Below are positions 9,595 to 18,646 of a stretch of DNA of 64,000 bases, in pieces. The DNA is from Myxococcota bacterium. Its GTDB lineage: Bacteria; Myxococcota; JACRCW01. Within the stretch, counting starts at the first letter, position 1. The number at the start of each line of letters is the position of its first letter. The DNA lies in contig JBFMGU010000015.1 in the NCBI GenBank assembly GCA_040752415.1, positions 6,458 through 70,457 of the forward strand, in the 5' to 3' direction. The notes beneath the pieces were generated by a model. That model did not search any database. It was not told the origin of the DNA and saw only the letters and a list, made by a program, of their open reading frames with translations. The position numbers and the translations under genes are program-made.

Positions 9595-10782
9595 ATGTCA
9601 CAGAATTCCCGCGTGGCCCGCGCCGCGCACCATGCTCCCATCCGCGGCGAGCCCACCGCTCCGCCCATCCCGCAGACCAAGGCGTGGGCATTCCGTACCG
9701 TGCAGGAAGCGGAGGAACAGTTCAGCCACGGCGCCACCGAGCTCTACGCGCGCCTGGGAACGCCGCTGCACGCCGCCGTCGAGCAGAGCGTGGCGGAGCT
9801 GGAGGGCGCGGAAGCGGGCGTGTTGTGCAGCACCGGCATGGCGGCCATCAGCTGCGCGCTCGATTCGTTGTGTCCGCCGGGCAGCACACTGGTCGCCGGC
9901 AACGACCTGTACGGCACCACCGACCACTACCTGGGAACCATCATCCGCGAGCGCGGCGTGCGCGTGCTCCGCGTGGACCTCAATGACGACGTGGCGTTCG
10001 AGAATGCACTGCGCGAACAGCCCGCGCTGGTGCTCACCGAGACGCTGACCAATCCCACGCTCACCGTGGTTCCGCTGGACAGGGTGGCGGAGCGCGCGCA
10101 TCGCGCCGGGGCCAAGGTCCTCGTCGACGCCACGTTCACGCCGCCCACCATGCTGCAGAGCGCGAAGCTGGGCGCGGACTACGTGATGCACAGCGCATCC
10201 AAGATGCTGGCGGGCCATGGCGACGTGCTCGCTGGGGTCGTGGTGGGGCCGAAGGATGGGATTGCGCGGATGCGGTCGCGTCGGACGGTGATGGGATGTC
10301 ACCTGGGCGCCATGGAGGCGTGGCTGCTGGCGCGGGGCATGCGCACGTTGCACCTGCGCGCGCAGCGGGCCTCCGAGAACGCGCTGTTCGTGGCGCACCG
10401 GTTGGAGTCACGTCGACAGCGGGGGAAGCTGGCGCAGGTTGCGCGGGTCATCCATCCGTCGCTGCCGGGGCATCCGCGCGCGGAATGGCTCTCCCGCACC
10501 ACCCACGGCGACATGGGCAACCTGCTGTGCGTGGACCTGGCGGGTGGCGGCACCGCGGCGGAGCGTTTCGTGGCCGCGCTCAAGGAGATCCGCTTCGTGA
10601 CGTCGCTGGGAGAGCTGTGCACGACGGTGAACGTGCCCGCGCGCACCAGTCACAAGGTGGTTCCCGCAGACGAGCGCGCACGGCGCGGCATCACCGACGG
10701 GCTCATCCGCATCAGTGTGGGCGTCGAAGATGCCGCGGACCTTGCCGACGAGCTGGAGGGTGCGATCCGCGCGTGCGCGTGA
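9595..10782 (+). CDS. PLP-dependent Cys/Met-metabolism enzyme (cystathionine gamma-synthase/lyase family)
   Basis: This 395-aa ORF has the PLP-lysine motif SASKMLAGHGD and a typical fold-type I trans-sulfuration layout. It starts 10 nt after the subtilase stop. Confidence 0.8.
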   Translation: MSQNSRVARAAHHAPIRGEPTAPPIPQTKAWAFRTVQEAEEQFSHGATELYARLGTPLHAAVEQSVAELEGAEAGVLCSTGMAAISCALDSLCPPGSTLVAGNDLYGTTDHYLGTIIRERGVRVLRVDLNDDVAFENALREQPALVLTETLTNPTLTVVPLDRVAERAHRAGAKVLVDATFTPPTMLQSAKLGADYVMHSASKMLAGHGDVLAGVVVGPKDGIARMRSRRTVMGCHLGAMEAWLLARGMRTLHLRAQRASENALFVAHRLESRRQRGKLAQVARVIHPSLPGHPRAEWLSRTTHGDMGNLLCVDLAGGGTAAERFVAALKEIRFVTSLGELCTTVNVPARTSHKVVPADERARRGITDGLIRISVGVEDAADLADELEGAIRACA

Positions 10783-10802
10783 CGTCCCGCCCGGCAGATG
10801 CG

Positions 10803-12638
10803 TCATTGGGCATGTTCGTCCGGTTCCATGTGGGCCGCCAGCAGCAGTCCATCAATCTGCTCGACCAGGGCTGCCACGTGCGAAATGTTCTCCCGTAGGC
10901 TCTGCAGCGCCGCGACGAAGGCCTGATCCGCCTGTGCCACACCGACGGCAAGGGCATCCGCCATCCCCTCCAAGGCCCGGCTGATGCGTTGTTTGACGTC
11001 GTCAGAGTGTGCGCCGTCCGGGTGCAGGCGGAGGTATTCCGCCCACCCGAGGCTCAGCCTGTTCACCTCGCAATCCAGGCTCCCGTCGCACGGTCCGCGC
11101 GTCACGGCGAGCGCGGCATGGAACGCGATGTCATCCGCGCTGGGCATGCGTCGCCAATCCTCGTGAAGGCGCCACAGGACACCCGGCTCCACCGCGCACG
11201 CGCGTCGGGACATCACGTCGCCGTAGGCTCGTCTGAGCGTCTTCTCGTCGGCGCCGCGGTCGCACGCCAGCTGGAGCGCGAGCAGGCGCATCAGTTCCAG
11301 CCTGGCAACGTCGTCGGGCTCGCCGTCTTCGAAGAGGGCGTCGGACAGGAAATTGACGAGGTCGGCCGCGTCGACGGCGGAGATGTTGGCATCGGCGAGG
11401 CGTCGGGCCCCGAGGGTGAGCGCGAGGGGATGCATGCGGTCCTGGGTGACCCCCGACGTCGTCAGGTCCAGGGAAACCCACCCATCCACGCGCTGCAGGT
11501 TTCTTCGGACCCACACGTATTCCGTGTGACACCAGTCGCTCCGTTCCTGCGGCAGTCTGCAGACCACGCGGGTGCCCAAGGGCAGCTTCATCAGTTCTCC
11601 CGCCGAGGTGGACGGGGCAGCGCGGACCCTCCCGCCACTGACGACGGTGAGGCGGTGTTCGCGCGGGTCTCCCACCGGAACCGGCGGCGGTTGGGGCTGC
11701 AGCCCAAGGGATTCCAACAGCTCCGGCCGAAACCGACGGAGGTTGACCACGAGCTGCGAGCGCGGCGACCCTTCTGCGGCGGGTGCCCTCTCCGACGAGA
11801 GCGAGTCCAACATGCGGCGGTAGAGGTCGAGACACTGCACCTCCTCCATGCGACCAGCCGCCGGGGCAAAGCTCTGCCAGCCGTTGCACGCCTTCGTCCA
11901 CACGGCGACGCCCAGCTCGTGGGCCACCCAGAGTCGTTCCCCATCCCACGCGAGATCATGGATGACGAAGCCACACGGTGCATCCACGTGCTCGATCTCG
12001 TCGGTGTCCCAGCGATAGCGGAGCAGACCTTGCCGCGGCGTGGGGCCCATGCACTCGTAGTTCGCGTAGGTGCCCATCCACAGCCATTCCCCGTCGTGGG
12101 CAACGGGAGCCACGCTGGCATTGCGCACCACCTCGGGGAACCTCAGCTCGGGCACACGAGCGCCCCGCCGGTAGCGGCCGATTGCGCCGAGTCCGTCCGC
12201 CCCCTCGCCCTCGTAGAAACCAACGCCGAAGAAGATGGAGGCACCGACACGCGCGCAGCTCGCGGGACGGACGTCGAGGTCCTGGCCGTAGCGGAGGTGC
12301 GGACGCAAGCGCCTGGCCAGCGCGGCATCCAGCTCCAGTTCGGGCACCATTTCGTCACAGCGAGGAGCGGACCTGCGTGAGTCGCACACGTTGGCCCTTC
12401 CGTCGCTCGGCGCGCTCCATCCTTGCTCCCCGTTCCAGCGCCAGGCCGTCACGGGGTTGTCCAGCGGAAAACAGCCCTCGTTGGATGCGAACGAAAACAC
12501 CCGCACACCGGAGCGTTCTACGCGGACGACGTGCACGGCGGGATAGCCGGTCTCGTCGAGACACAACACCGCGGCCAAAGCGTTCGTGGTGAGCGCGGTT
12601 GCGAGGATGCCGCCGAGAAACGGCGGTAGCGCGCGCAT
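10803..12638 (-). CDS. Hypothetical secreted protein
   Basis: The 611-aa ORF has the signal peptide MRALPPFLGGILATALTTNALAAV, strong GC3 bias and Trp/Cys-rich regions. It starts 7 nt downstream of the upstream gene on the same strand. Confidence 0.6.
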   Translation of the reverse strand: MRALPPFLGGILATALTTNALAAVLCLDETGYPAVHVVRVERSGVRVFSFASNEGCFPLDNPVTAWRWNGEQGWSAPSDGRANVCDSRRSAPRCDEMVPELELDAALARRLRPHLRYGQDLDVRPASCARVGASIFFGVGFYEGEGADGLGAIGRYRRGARVPELRFPEVVRNASVAPVAHDGEWLWMGTYANYECMGPTPRQGLLRYRWDTDEIEHVDAPCGFVIHDLAWDGERLWVAHELGVAVWTKACNGWQSFAPAAGRMEEVQCLDLYRRMLDSLSSERAPAAEGSPRSQLVVNLRRFRPELLESLGLQPQPPPVPVGDPREHRLTVVSGGRVRAAPSTSAGELMKLPLGTRVVCRLPQERSDWCHTEYVWVRRNLQRVDGWVSLDLTTSGVTQDRMHPLALTLGARRLADANISAVDAADLVNFLSDALFEDGEPDDVARLELMRLLALQLACDRGADEKTLRRAYGDVMSRRACAVEPGVLWRLHEDWRRMPSADDIAFHAALAVTRGPCDGSLDCEVNRLSLGWAEYLRLHPDGAHSDDVKQRISRALEGMADALAVGVAQADQAFVAALQSLRENISHVAALVEQIDGLLLAAHMEPDEHAQ

Positions 12639-12644
12639 GGTGCG

Positions 12645-14381
12645 TCACTCCATCGCGTCCAGCGTTGCCGACAAGGGCGTGCGCGTGGGGACGGGGCGCG
12701 TTCCCTGACTGCAGTCCACCGGGTCGGAGTCCACCTGCACCGACGCAATCTCGCCGGGGAAGCCCCAGTTGGATGGGGTGCCGCCGGGGGGACCGCCCAC
12801 CGCAAAGTCCCGCGCCGCAGCCACCTGTCGCAGCTGCGTGGTGGCGCTGTCATTGGCCTCTCTGACGCCGTCAATGTAGAGGCAGATGGAGACGCCCGGG
12901 TTCCACGACGCCTCGAGGTATGCCCACTCGTTCAGGTTGGTGATGGGGCCGTTGACGCGGTTGAAGTTGTTGGGAATGTCGTTGTCGCCCTGGTCCCAGC
13001 GCTGGTCACGCACTTCCCACGACGTGCGGCTGAATCCAGGCTCCATGTACAGCTGCCAGCCGTTCTTGTCGGACTCCAGCACGTTCTCCGCGCGCGCCAC
13101 GACGAGCACGCTCCCTCCTCCCGTCCTGCGCACCCACGCACGAACGTGCACTGGAACGCTCTGGCCGCCACCAATGGCTTGCGGGGGCTGGTCGGTGAGG
13201 AAGTTGCCCTCCATGCGCCGGTTGTTCTGCGACACGTAGGCTCCGGGGCCCGCGCCGGTCGTGAAGAGGGGCATGGTGTTGTTGCCCTGCAGGGTCAGCG
13301 TGGTGCCACCGGGGACGCCCGACACCGCCACCGCGCCGTAACGCGACTGCGCGCCCGCCATGGACCAATAGGCGCGTGGCGACGTGGTGGGCACTCCCGT
13401 GGGGAATGCCTCGACGGGATCATCCAGCACCGTGGGCGGCGCGGCGCTTCCCACGAGGACGAACCACGACGACGAGGCGAGGTCCAGGACGTCGATCATG
13501 AACGCGATGGAGAGGTCCTCCTGGCCGCCGCTGTACCCATGCGCCACCAGGCGACGATGGACCTGCGTCCATACGCCACGCTCACAACGGGCCAGCTGGA
13601 CGTCGGAGTTGTCGCTCTGCAGGGAACGGGTGAGCACGTCCGACGTCAACGGCGCCACCACGGGCACACGCGCGTCCGTGAAGGTCCCGCTCCCGAAGGT
13701 GACGCGGAACCGCGTGCTGAACTGCGAGGGGTAGGGCTCCAGGTACCAGCAGTCGCACGGGTCCGCGGCCAGACAGAGGGGGCCCGCATCCACCTCAACG
13801 CGCGCGTCGGGAGGACCTGCGTCCGGGATGCCGCCCGAGGAGGACGTGCTGCTGGACGCGCTGCTGCCCGTTGCCGACGAGGCCGCGGCGCTGGACGAGG
13901 ATGACGACGTGGATCCGCCGCTGGACGTCGAGCCCGAAGACGACGCCGCGCTGGCGACGGACGAGCCGCTGCTGGAGGAGGACGCGCTGGATGCGGACGC
14001 GCTGTTCCCGGACGAGGACGACGATGTCGACACCGAGCTCACCGCAGCGCTGGCAGACGACGAGTTGGTGTTGCCCACCGACGAGCTCTCCCCGCCCGAC
14101 GATGAGGACGCCGTGGTCTCGACGACGAAGCCCGCATCCTGCGGCGCGCTGGCGGCCACGCACCACGTGCCGTTGCAGCGCTCACCGGGACTGCACTCCG
14201 CGTCGTCGGTGCAGGTGCGGCGACAGATGCCCTCGTCGGTGGCGCACACGTTCTGCGCGGCACAGTCGGCGTCCGTCTCACAGCGGTAGGTGGCGGCAAG
14301 ACAGGACGGCAGCGCCCACGCCACCACGACGCACGCCACGCCCTGCCACGGTGATGGCACCCCGCCTGTCCCCGCCCGCAT
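12645..14381 (-). CDS. Secreted protein with a Cys-rich N-terminal module, a Ser-rich linker and a LamG/concanavalin-like C-terminal region
   Basis: The ORF is 12645..14414. The probable start is MRAGTGG, followed by the signal VACVVVAWALPSCLA. About 90 aa of Ser/Ala/Gly low complexity precede a beta-rich C-terminal domain. Confidence 0.6.
   Translation of the reverse strand: MRAGTGGVPSPWQGVACVVVAWALPSCLAATYRCETDADCAAQNVCATDEGICRRTCTDDAECSPGERCNGTWCVAASAPQDAGFVVETTASSSSGGESSSVGNTNSSSASAAVSSVSTSSSSSGNSASASSASSSSSGSSVASAASSSGSTSSGGSTSSSSSSAAASSATGSSASSSTSSSGGIPDAGPPDARVEVDAGPLCLAADPCDCWYLEPYPSQFSTRFRVTFGSGTFTDARVPVVAPLTSDVLTRSLQSDNSDVQLARCERGVWTQVHRRLVAHGYSGGQEDLSIAFMIDVLDLASSSWFVLVGSAAPPTVLDDPVEAFPTGVPTTSPRAYWSMAGAQSRYGAVAVSGVPGGTTLTLQGNNTMPLFTTGAGPGAYVSQNNRRMEGNFLTDQPPQAIGGGQSVPVHVRAWVRRTGGGSVLVVARAENVLESDKNGWQLYMEPGFSRTSWEVRDQRWDQGDNDIPNNFNRVNGPITNLNEWAYLEASWNPGVSICLYIDGVREANDSATTQLRQVAAARDFAVGGPPGGTPSNWGFPGEIASVQVDSDPVDCSQGTRPVPTRTPLSATLDAME
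13833..14111 (-). repeat. Low-complexity Ser-rich (S/A/G/T) coding repeat
   Basis: Amino acids about 102-194 of the 12645..14414 protein are over 60% Ser, encoded by degenerate GCT/GGA/CGA-type triplet repeats. Confidence 0.7.
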
Positions 14382-14420
14382 GTCGCCAGCATACGGGGCG
14401 CCACGACGGGGCAACAGCGC

Positions 14421-15047
14421 TCACGCAGTGGGCGCAGGTGGGGGAAGCGACTCCACGAAACGGACTTCCTGGAAACCCAGGCTGATGAGCAGCGCGGTCA
14501 ACGCGCGTTGCGCCGACTGTTGCGCCCGACGACGCAGCGCCACGTCATTGGCCACGTCATTCTCGATGGCCTGGCGCGCCTGCTCCAGCATCTGCGCGGT
14601 GTGGGCGCTGTCCAGGTTGGAGTGGATGATCTCCGTCTCACCGGGGCGCAGCTCCACCCGCGTGCGGATGGGCGGGAGCACCAGGTCAATGCGTCGGCCC
14701 TGCACGCGCATGGTGGACGGGTCCAGACGGCTCAGGTCCAGGCCGAGCTGCGCGTTGGCAAAGACGATGGCGCGCCCACGCTCAGGCGCCACGGTGGCGC
14801 TGGCCCAGTTGGCGATGTTGCGCAGCGTGGAGGTGGATGGCGGCGGCGTCTCCGGCTCGAAGCTGACCTTGCGGTACAGGCTCACCTCCAGCGTCTCCAG
14901 GCGCGCCACCTCGCGCATGCGCTCCACCAGCGCCGGCGGGTCCGGGGCCAGCCAGGATGGCGACGGAGGCGCGCGCAGAGCCACCCACGTCCCGGCCGCA
15001 CAGGACACGCCCAGCACGAACCCCACCACCGCTCCCTTGACCCCCAT
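14421..15047 (-). CDS. DUF4230-family protein
   Basis: The ORF is 14421..15065. The start MGVKGAVVGFVLGVSCAAG has an N-terminal TM segment, and the body is a typical DUF4230-like secreted domain. Confidence 0.6.
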   Translation of the reverse strand: MGVKGAVVGFVLGVSCAAGTWVALRAPPSPSWLAPDPPALVERMREVARLETLEVSLYRKVSFEPETPPPSTSTLRNIANWASATVAPERGRAIVFANAQLGLDLSRLDPSTMRVQGRRIDLVLPPIRTRVELRPGETEIIHSNLDSAHTAQMLEQARQAIENDVANDVALRRRAQQSAQRALTALLISLGFQEVRFVESLPPPAPTA

Positions 15048-15296
15048 GATCCGGCCTCCTCTCACGTGGTCCTACCTGTGAGCAGGAAGCGTGCCCGGGG
15101 CCTGCGCAAAGGGCTTCCGAGGGTTGTCCGGTGGGATGTCCTGGGGCGCGTGTCATCGTGGACGCACGGTGTGGACGCCGGGCTTCACCGGGATGCACCC
15201 ACGGCGGATTGCACGGGGCACACATCTGCCGCTACGACCAGGGTCCGGTCCCGCGGCGAGAACCTCCGTCGGGACGCATTGCGACAGGAGCTTGTC

Positions 15297-15572
15297 ATGG
15301 CCGTGAACGTCAGGATTCCCACCCCGCTGCGCAAGTACACCGCCGACAAGGAGACGGTGTCGGTCAGCGCCAGCAACGTGGGGGAGCTGCTCCAGAACCT
15401 GGAGAAGGCGGCCCCCGGCATCAAGGAGCGGCTGGTGGATGAGTCCGGCAACGTGCGCCGCTTCGTCAACATCTACGTGCGCGACGAGGACATCCGTTTC
15501 CTGGACGGCGTCAAGACCGCGCTGAAGGATGGCGACGAGGTCAGCATCGTCCCCGCCATTGCCGGCGGCTGA
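15297..15572 (+). CDS. cysO: MoaD/ThiS-family sulfur-carrier protein CysO
   Basis: This 91-aa protein ends in GlyGly. The motif RFVNIYVRDEDIRF...GDEVSIVPAIAGG closely matches mycobacterial CysO. It lies 13 nt upstream of cysM. Confidence 0.85.
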   Translation: MAVNVRIPTPLRKYTADKETVSVSASNVGELLQNLEKAAPGIKERLVDESGNVRRFVNIYVRDEDIRFLDGVKTALKDGDEVSIVPAIAGG

Positions 15573-15584
15573 GCTCCCCGCAGC

Positions 15585-16505
15585 ATGCAGTACGCCCCCC
15601 TCAAGCCGCGGCGGCCGCTGGCGAGCATCCTGGATGCCGTTGGCAACACGCCGCTCATCCGGTTGCGCAGCATTGAGCGGAGCGCGCCGCACAGCCGCAT
15701 CTACGCCAAGGCGGAGTTCCTCAACCCCGGCGGAAGCGTGAAGGACCGGCCCGCGTTGCAGATGGTGCAGGAGGCGGTGGCCGACGGGCGGCTGACCCGC
15801 GACCGGATCCTCATCGACTCCACCAGCGGCAACACCGGCGTGGCCTACAGCCTGGTGTGCGCGGCCATGGGCTACCGTTGCACGCTGGTGATGCCCGCCA
15901 ACGTGAGCCAGCCGCGCAAGGACATCACGCGCGCGTTTGGGACGGAGCTGGTGTTCTCCAGTGAGCTGGAGGGCAGCGACGGCGCCATCATGCTGGTGCG
16001 CAAGATGGTGGCGGAGGAGCCGGACCGGTACTTCTTCTGCGACCAGTACGGGAATCCGGGAAACCCGCGCGCCCATGAGCTGGGCACGGGCCCGGAGATC
16101 CTGCGCGACTGCCCGGACGTCACGCACTTTGTGGCCGGCGTGGGGACCACCGGCACGGTGATGGGAACCAGTCGCGCGCTCAAGAAGTATGACCGCAGGA
16201 TCCGCTGCGTGGCGCTGCATCCGGATGACGCCATGCACGGGCTGGAAGGGCTCAAGCACCTGGCCAGCTCCATTGTGCCGCGCATCTGGGACGCCGCCAC
16301 GCTGGATGAGCACCTCACCATCACCACCGATGAGGGCTGGGACATGGCGGACCGCCTGGCGCGCGAGGAGGGCCTGATGGTGGGCCACTCCGCGGGAGCC
16401 AACGTGGCGGGCGCGGTGCGGGTGGCGCGCGCGAACCCGGGCGCCGTGGTGGTCACCGTGCTCTGCGACGGAGCAAGCCGGTACCTGCCGGTGCTGCGCT
16501 GGTGA
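15585..16505 (+). CDS. cysM: Cysteine synthase CysM (CysO-thiocarboxylate dependent type)
   Basis: The PLP motif NPGGSVKDRPA is present, with the GNTG and GTGGT loops. It is adjacent to cysO, as in the actinobacterial mec-cysO-cysM locus. Confidence 0.85.
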   Translation: MQYAPLKPRRPLASILDAVGNTPLIRLRSIERSAPHSRIYAKAEFLNPGGSVKDRPALQMVQEAVADGRLTRDRILIDSTSGNTGVAYSLVCAAMGYRCTLVMPANVSQPRKDITRAFGTELVFSSELEGSDGAIMLVRKMVAEEPDRYFFCDQYGNPGNPRAHELGTGPEILRDCPDVTHFVAGVGTTGTVMGTSRALKKYDRRIRCVALHPDDAMHGLEGLKHLASSIVPRIWDAATLDEHLTITTDEGWDMADRLAREEGLMVGHSAGANVAGAVRVARANPGAVVVTVLCDGASRYLPVLRW

Positions 16506-16546
16506 GGGGTGGCGGGGGGGTTCACGAGTTCCCACAAAAGGGAGTC

Positions 16547-16589
16547 AGAAGACAGAAGTCAGAAGTCAGAAGTCAGAAGTCAGAAGGTG
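16547..16589. repeat. Tandem heptamer (AGAAGTC)n with nested hairpin
   Basis: Four perfect AGAAGTC copies are flanked by degenerate copies. The last copy forms a 9-bp stem, GTCAGAAGG with CCTTCTGAC at about 16615-16623. The loop contains an inner hairpin, GCGTC-gcggg-GACGC. Coordinates are plus or minus 1. Confidence 0.75.
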
Positions 16590-16867
16590 CTGACCGCTGA
16601 GCGTCGCGGGGACGCCTTCTGACTGCTGACTTCCTCTTCGGAACTCCCGCCAATCCAGGAGAAATCCGTTGCATTGCGGGTGGCGTTCTTGCCCGCGCTG
16701 ACGTGCGTCGTTATCAGTCATCACTGCAACAGGGCAGAACAGACCGGGTGCCACCGAGCAGGAACCTTCCGGTCGACCTTGTCCCCTCTCACACTTTGCA
16801 TGAGTGGCGTCCCGGGCACGCGCAGCGCGCGCCCCGGAGAGGTGTTGTTCCTGCAGACGGAGAGCAC

Positions 16868-17167
16868 ATGGCCCGCACGAGCACCAAGGGCGGCAAGAAG
16901 AGGTCCAGCGGAAGAAAGACCGCGTCCCGGAAGACCAGCACGCGCACCGCGCGCACCACCAGGAAGGCCACCGGCCGCAAGTACGGCGCCAAGGCCAAGA
17001 GCAAGGTGGGTCAGACCATGAAGGAGTACAAGCGTGGCGAGCTCACCAGCGGCCGGGGCGCCAAGGTCAAGGGCCGCAAGCAGGCCGTGGCCATTGGGCT
17101 GAGCAAGGCGCGCAAGGCCGGCGCCAAGGTCCCCGCGCGGGGCGGCCGGGGCAAAAAAAAAACGTGA
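16868..17167 (+). CDS. Small Lys/Arg-rich basic protein (histone-like/DUF-type)
   Basis: The start MARTSTKGGKKRSSGRK is internal to ORF 16703..17167. The motif KEYKRGELTSG...KQAVAIGLSKARKAG is conserved. The gene ends GKKKT-stop across an A10 run. Confidence 0.65.
   Translation: MARTSTKGGKKRSSGRKTASRKTSTRTARTTRKATGRKYGAKAKSKVGQTMKEYKRGELTSGRGAKVKGRKQAVAIGLSKARKAGAKVPARGGRGKKKT
17153..17162 (+). repeat. A10 homopolymer / A_AAA_AAA slippery site
   Basis: Ten consecutive A in a roughly 69% GC genome encode KKK plus the first A of Thr, immediately before the stop. The run overlaps the candidate GTG start of the downstream ORF. Confidence 0.9.
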
Positions 17168-17490
17168 CTGAGGCGGGGGTCTTCGCGCCCGGCACGCCGC
17201 TGACCAAGGAGCAACCGGAGCGCGAGGCCCAGGCGGCCGCCGCCATTCCCACGCCGCCGGCGCGTGAGGTGGTGGAGGTGCCGGAGCGGGAGGTTGGCGG
17301 CGAGGAGAAGGGGCGCCCCGCGCCCATGCGGGCGGCGCGCAACCTGGTGGATGACGTGGGGCACGCCGTCATGGACACGCCCACGCGGGTGATGGGCTAC
17401 GCCATGCAGATGGCGGACTGGATTGGCGGGAGGATTGCGCGCGCGGGGCGGAACCTGCCACGCCTGCCCAGGCTCCCGCTGCGCCGGTGA
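17164..17490 (+). CDS. Hypothetical protein (possible C-terminal extension of the basic protein via -1 frameshift)
   Basis: The frame-1 ORF is open from the A-run to 17490 with very strong GC3 bias. A GTG codon overlaps the upstream stop as GTGA. There is no independent ATG near the 5' end. Confidence 0.4.
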   Translation: MTEAGVFAPGTPLTKEQPEREAQAAAAIPTPPAREVVEVPEREVGGEEKGRPAPMRAARNLVDDVGHAVMDTPTRVMGYAMQMADWIGGRIARAGRNLPRLPRLPLRR

Positions 17491-17506
17491 CGACGGAAGC
17501 ACGCCC

Positions 17507-18646
17507 TCACAACGCCACCAGGCCGCGCTCCACGAATGCGTGCACGATGCGCATGACGTCGGCCTCCGGGATGGGGCTGGTCTGGATGAGCTGCGCCACG
17601 TTGCGCTGGCCATCAATGCGCTCCAGCACGTAACGCTCCTTGCTGGTGAACATCACGCGCGCCAGGTCACGACGTGACGCCAGCAGCCTGGGCACCGCCT
17701 CCCGCGCAATGGTCACCCGCGACTCCACCCGCCATTCATCCGCGCCGTAGGTGCTCATCACCGCCAACGCCTCGGTGTGGTTGGGGTCCGCCTCCAGGAT
17801 GCGTCGCGCCTTCGCCACCGCTTCGTGCACGCGTCGCGCGGCCAGAAGCTCCCGCAGTTGCGTGGAGGCATCCTTCACCGGGGCCAGGCGCTGGGAGGGC
17901 TCGGTGACGTCGTTCCAGCCCTCCTCCTCGCTCAGCACCTCCTCCGTGGGCGGGAGCACCCGCAGCGCGCCGCGCTTCACCAGCTCGAAGATGCGGACGA
18001 AGAGATAGAAGTCCAGCATCCGCGTCTCCAGCGCCAGCTCCGCCAACGTGCGCATGCCCGTGGACAGCTCCACCAGGCGCAGGTCCGTGGTGTTGAGATT
18101 CACCGGGATGGCGCCGTTGACCTCCACGCGGTGCCGCGCGGTGGGCAGCACCCGACGCATCTCACTCCACATGTTCGCCCGGCTCTGCGCCTCGCTGTGC
18201 ACGTCCTGCAACGAGATGGACGTGGGCGCGTCGAGTTCGGTGTTGCGCGTGACGCTGGTGTCCAGCTCCAACGTGCCGGTGCGCCACTCCAGCGCGTCCA
18301 GCACGCACTCGCGCGTCTTGAAGTTGAGCACGCGGTTCAGCCGCTCCGTGTCCAGCAGTCGGCTGCGGACCAGCAGCATGCCCAGCGGCGTGGTGGTTCC
18401 GGCCTGCGCCTGCAGTGCCAGCCGGAGGTGATCCTCCTTCACGTAGCCGTAGTTGAGCAGCAGCTGGCCCAGCTTCTCCCGGCCGTCCGTGCTGGTGGCC
18501 TGCCTGATGATGCCGTCCTGCAGCTGGATCTCCTTGCGCACGTCGCCACGCTCAAGCCGGAGGCGGCCCGTGGTGCGGCAGCGCGAGAGCGTGAGCAGCA
18601 GCTCCGACAGCGGCAGCACGTCCAGGTCACCCTTGAGGTTTCCCAT
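17507..18646 (-). CDS. DUF4388 (PATAN-domain) protein
   Basis: The N-terminus MGNLKGDLDVLPLSELLLTLSRCRTTGRLRL is characteristic of DUF4388. This gene is divergent from the HAD gene. Confidence 0.7.
   Translation of the reverse strand: MGNLKGDLDVLPLSELLLTLSRCRTTGRLRLERGDVRKEIQLQDGIIRQATSTDGREKLGQLLLNYGYVKEDHLRLALQAQAGTTTPLGMLLVRSRLLDTERLNRVLNFKTRECVLDALEWRTGTLELDTSVTRNTELDAPTSISLQDVHSEAQSRANMWSEMRRVLPTARHRVEVNGAIPVNLNTTDLRLVELSTGMRTLAELALETRMLDFYLFVRIFELVKRGALRVLPPTEEVLSEEEGWNDVTEPSQRLAPVKDASTQLRELLAARRVHEAVAKARRILEADPNHTEALAVMSTYGADEWRVESRVTIAREAVPRLLASRRDLARVMFTSKERYVLERIDGQRNVAQLIQTSPIPEADVMRIVHAFVERGLVAL

Noticed and set aside
15153-16535. 460-aa minus-strand ORF
   Set aside because: It is antisense to cysM, with Arg/His-rich composition and no domains.
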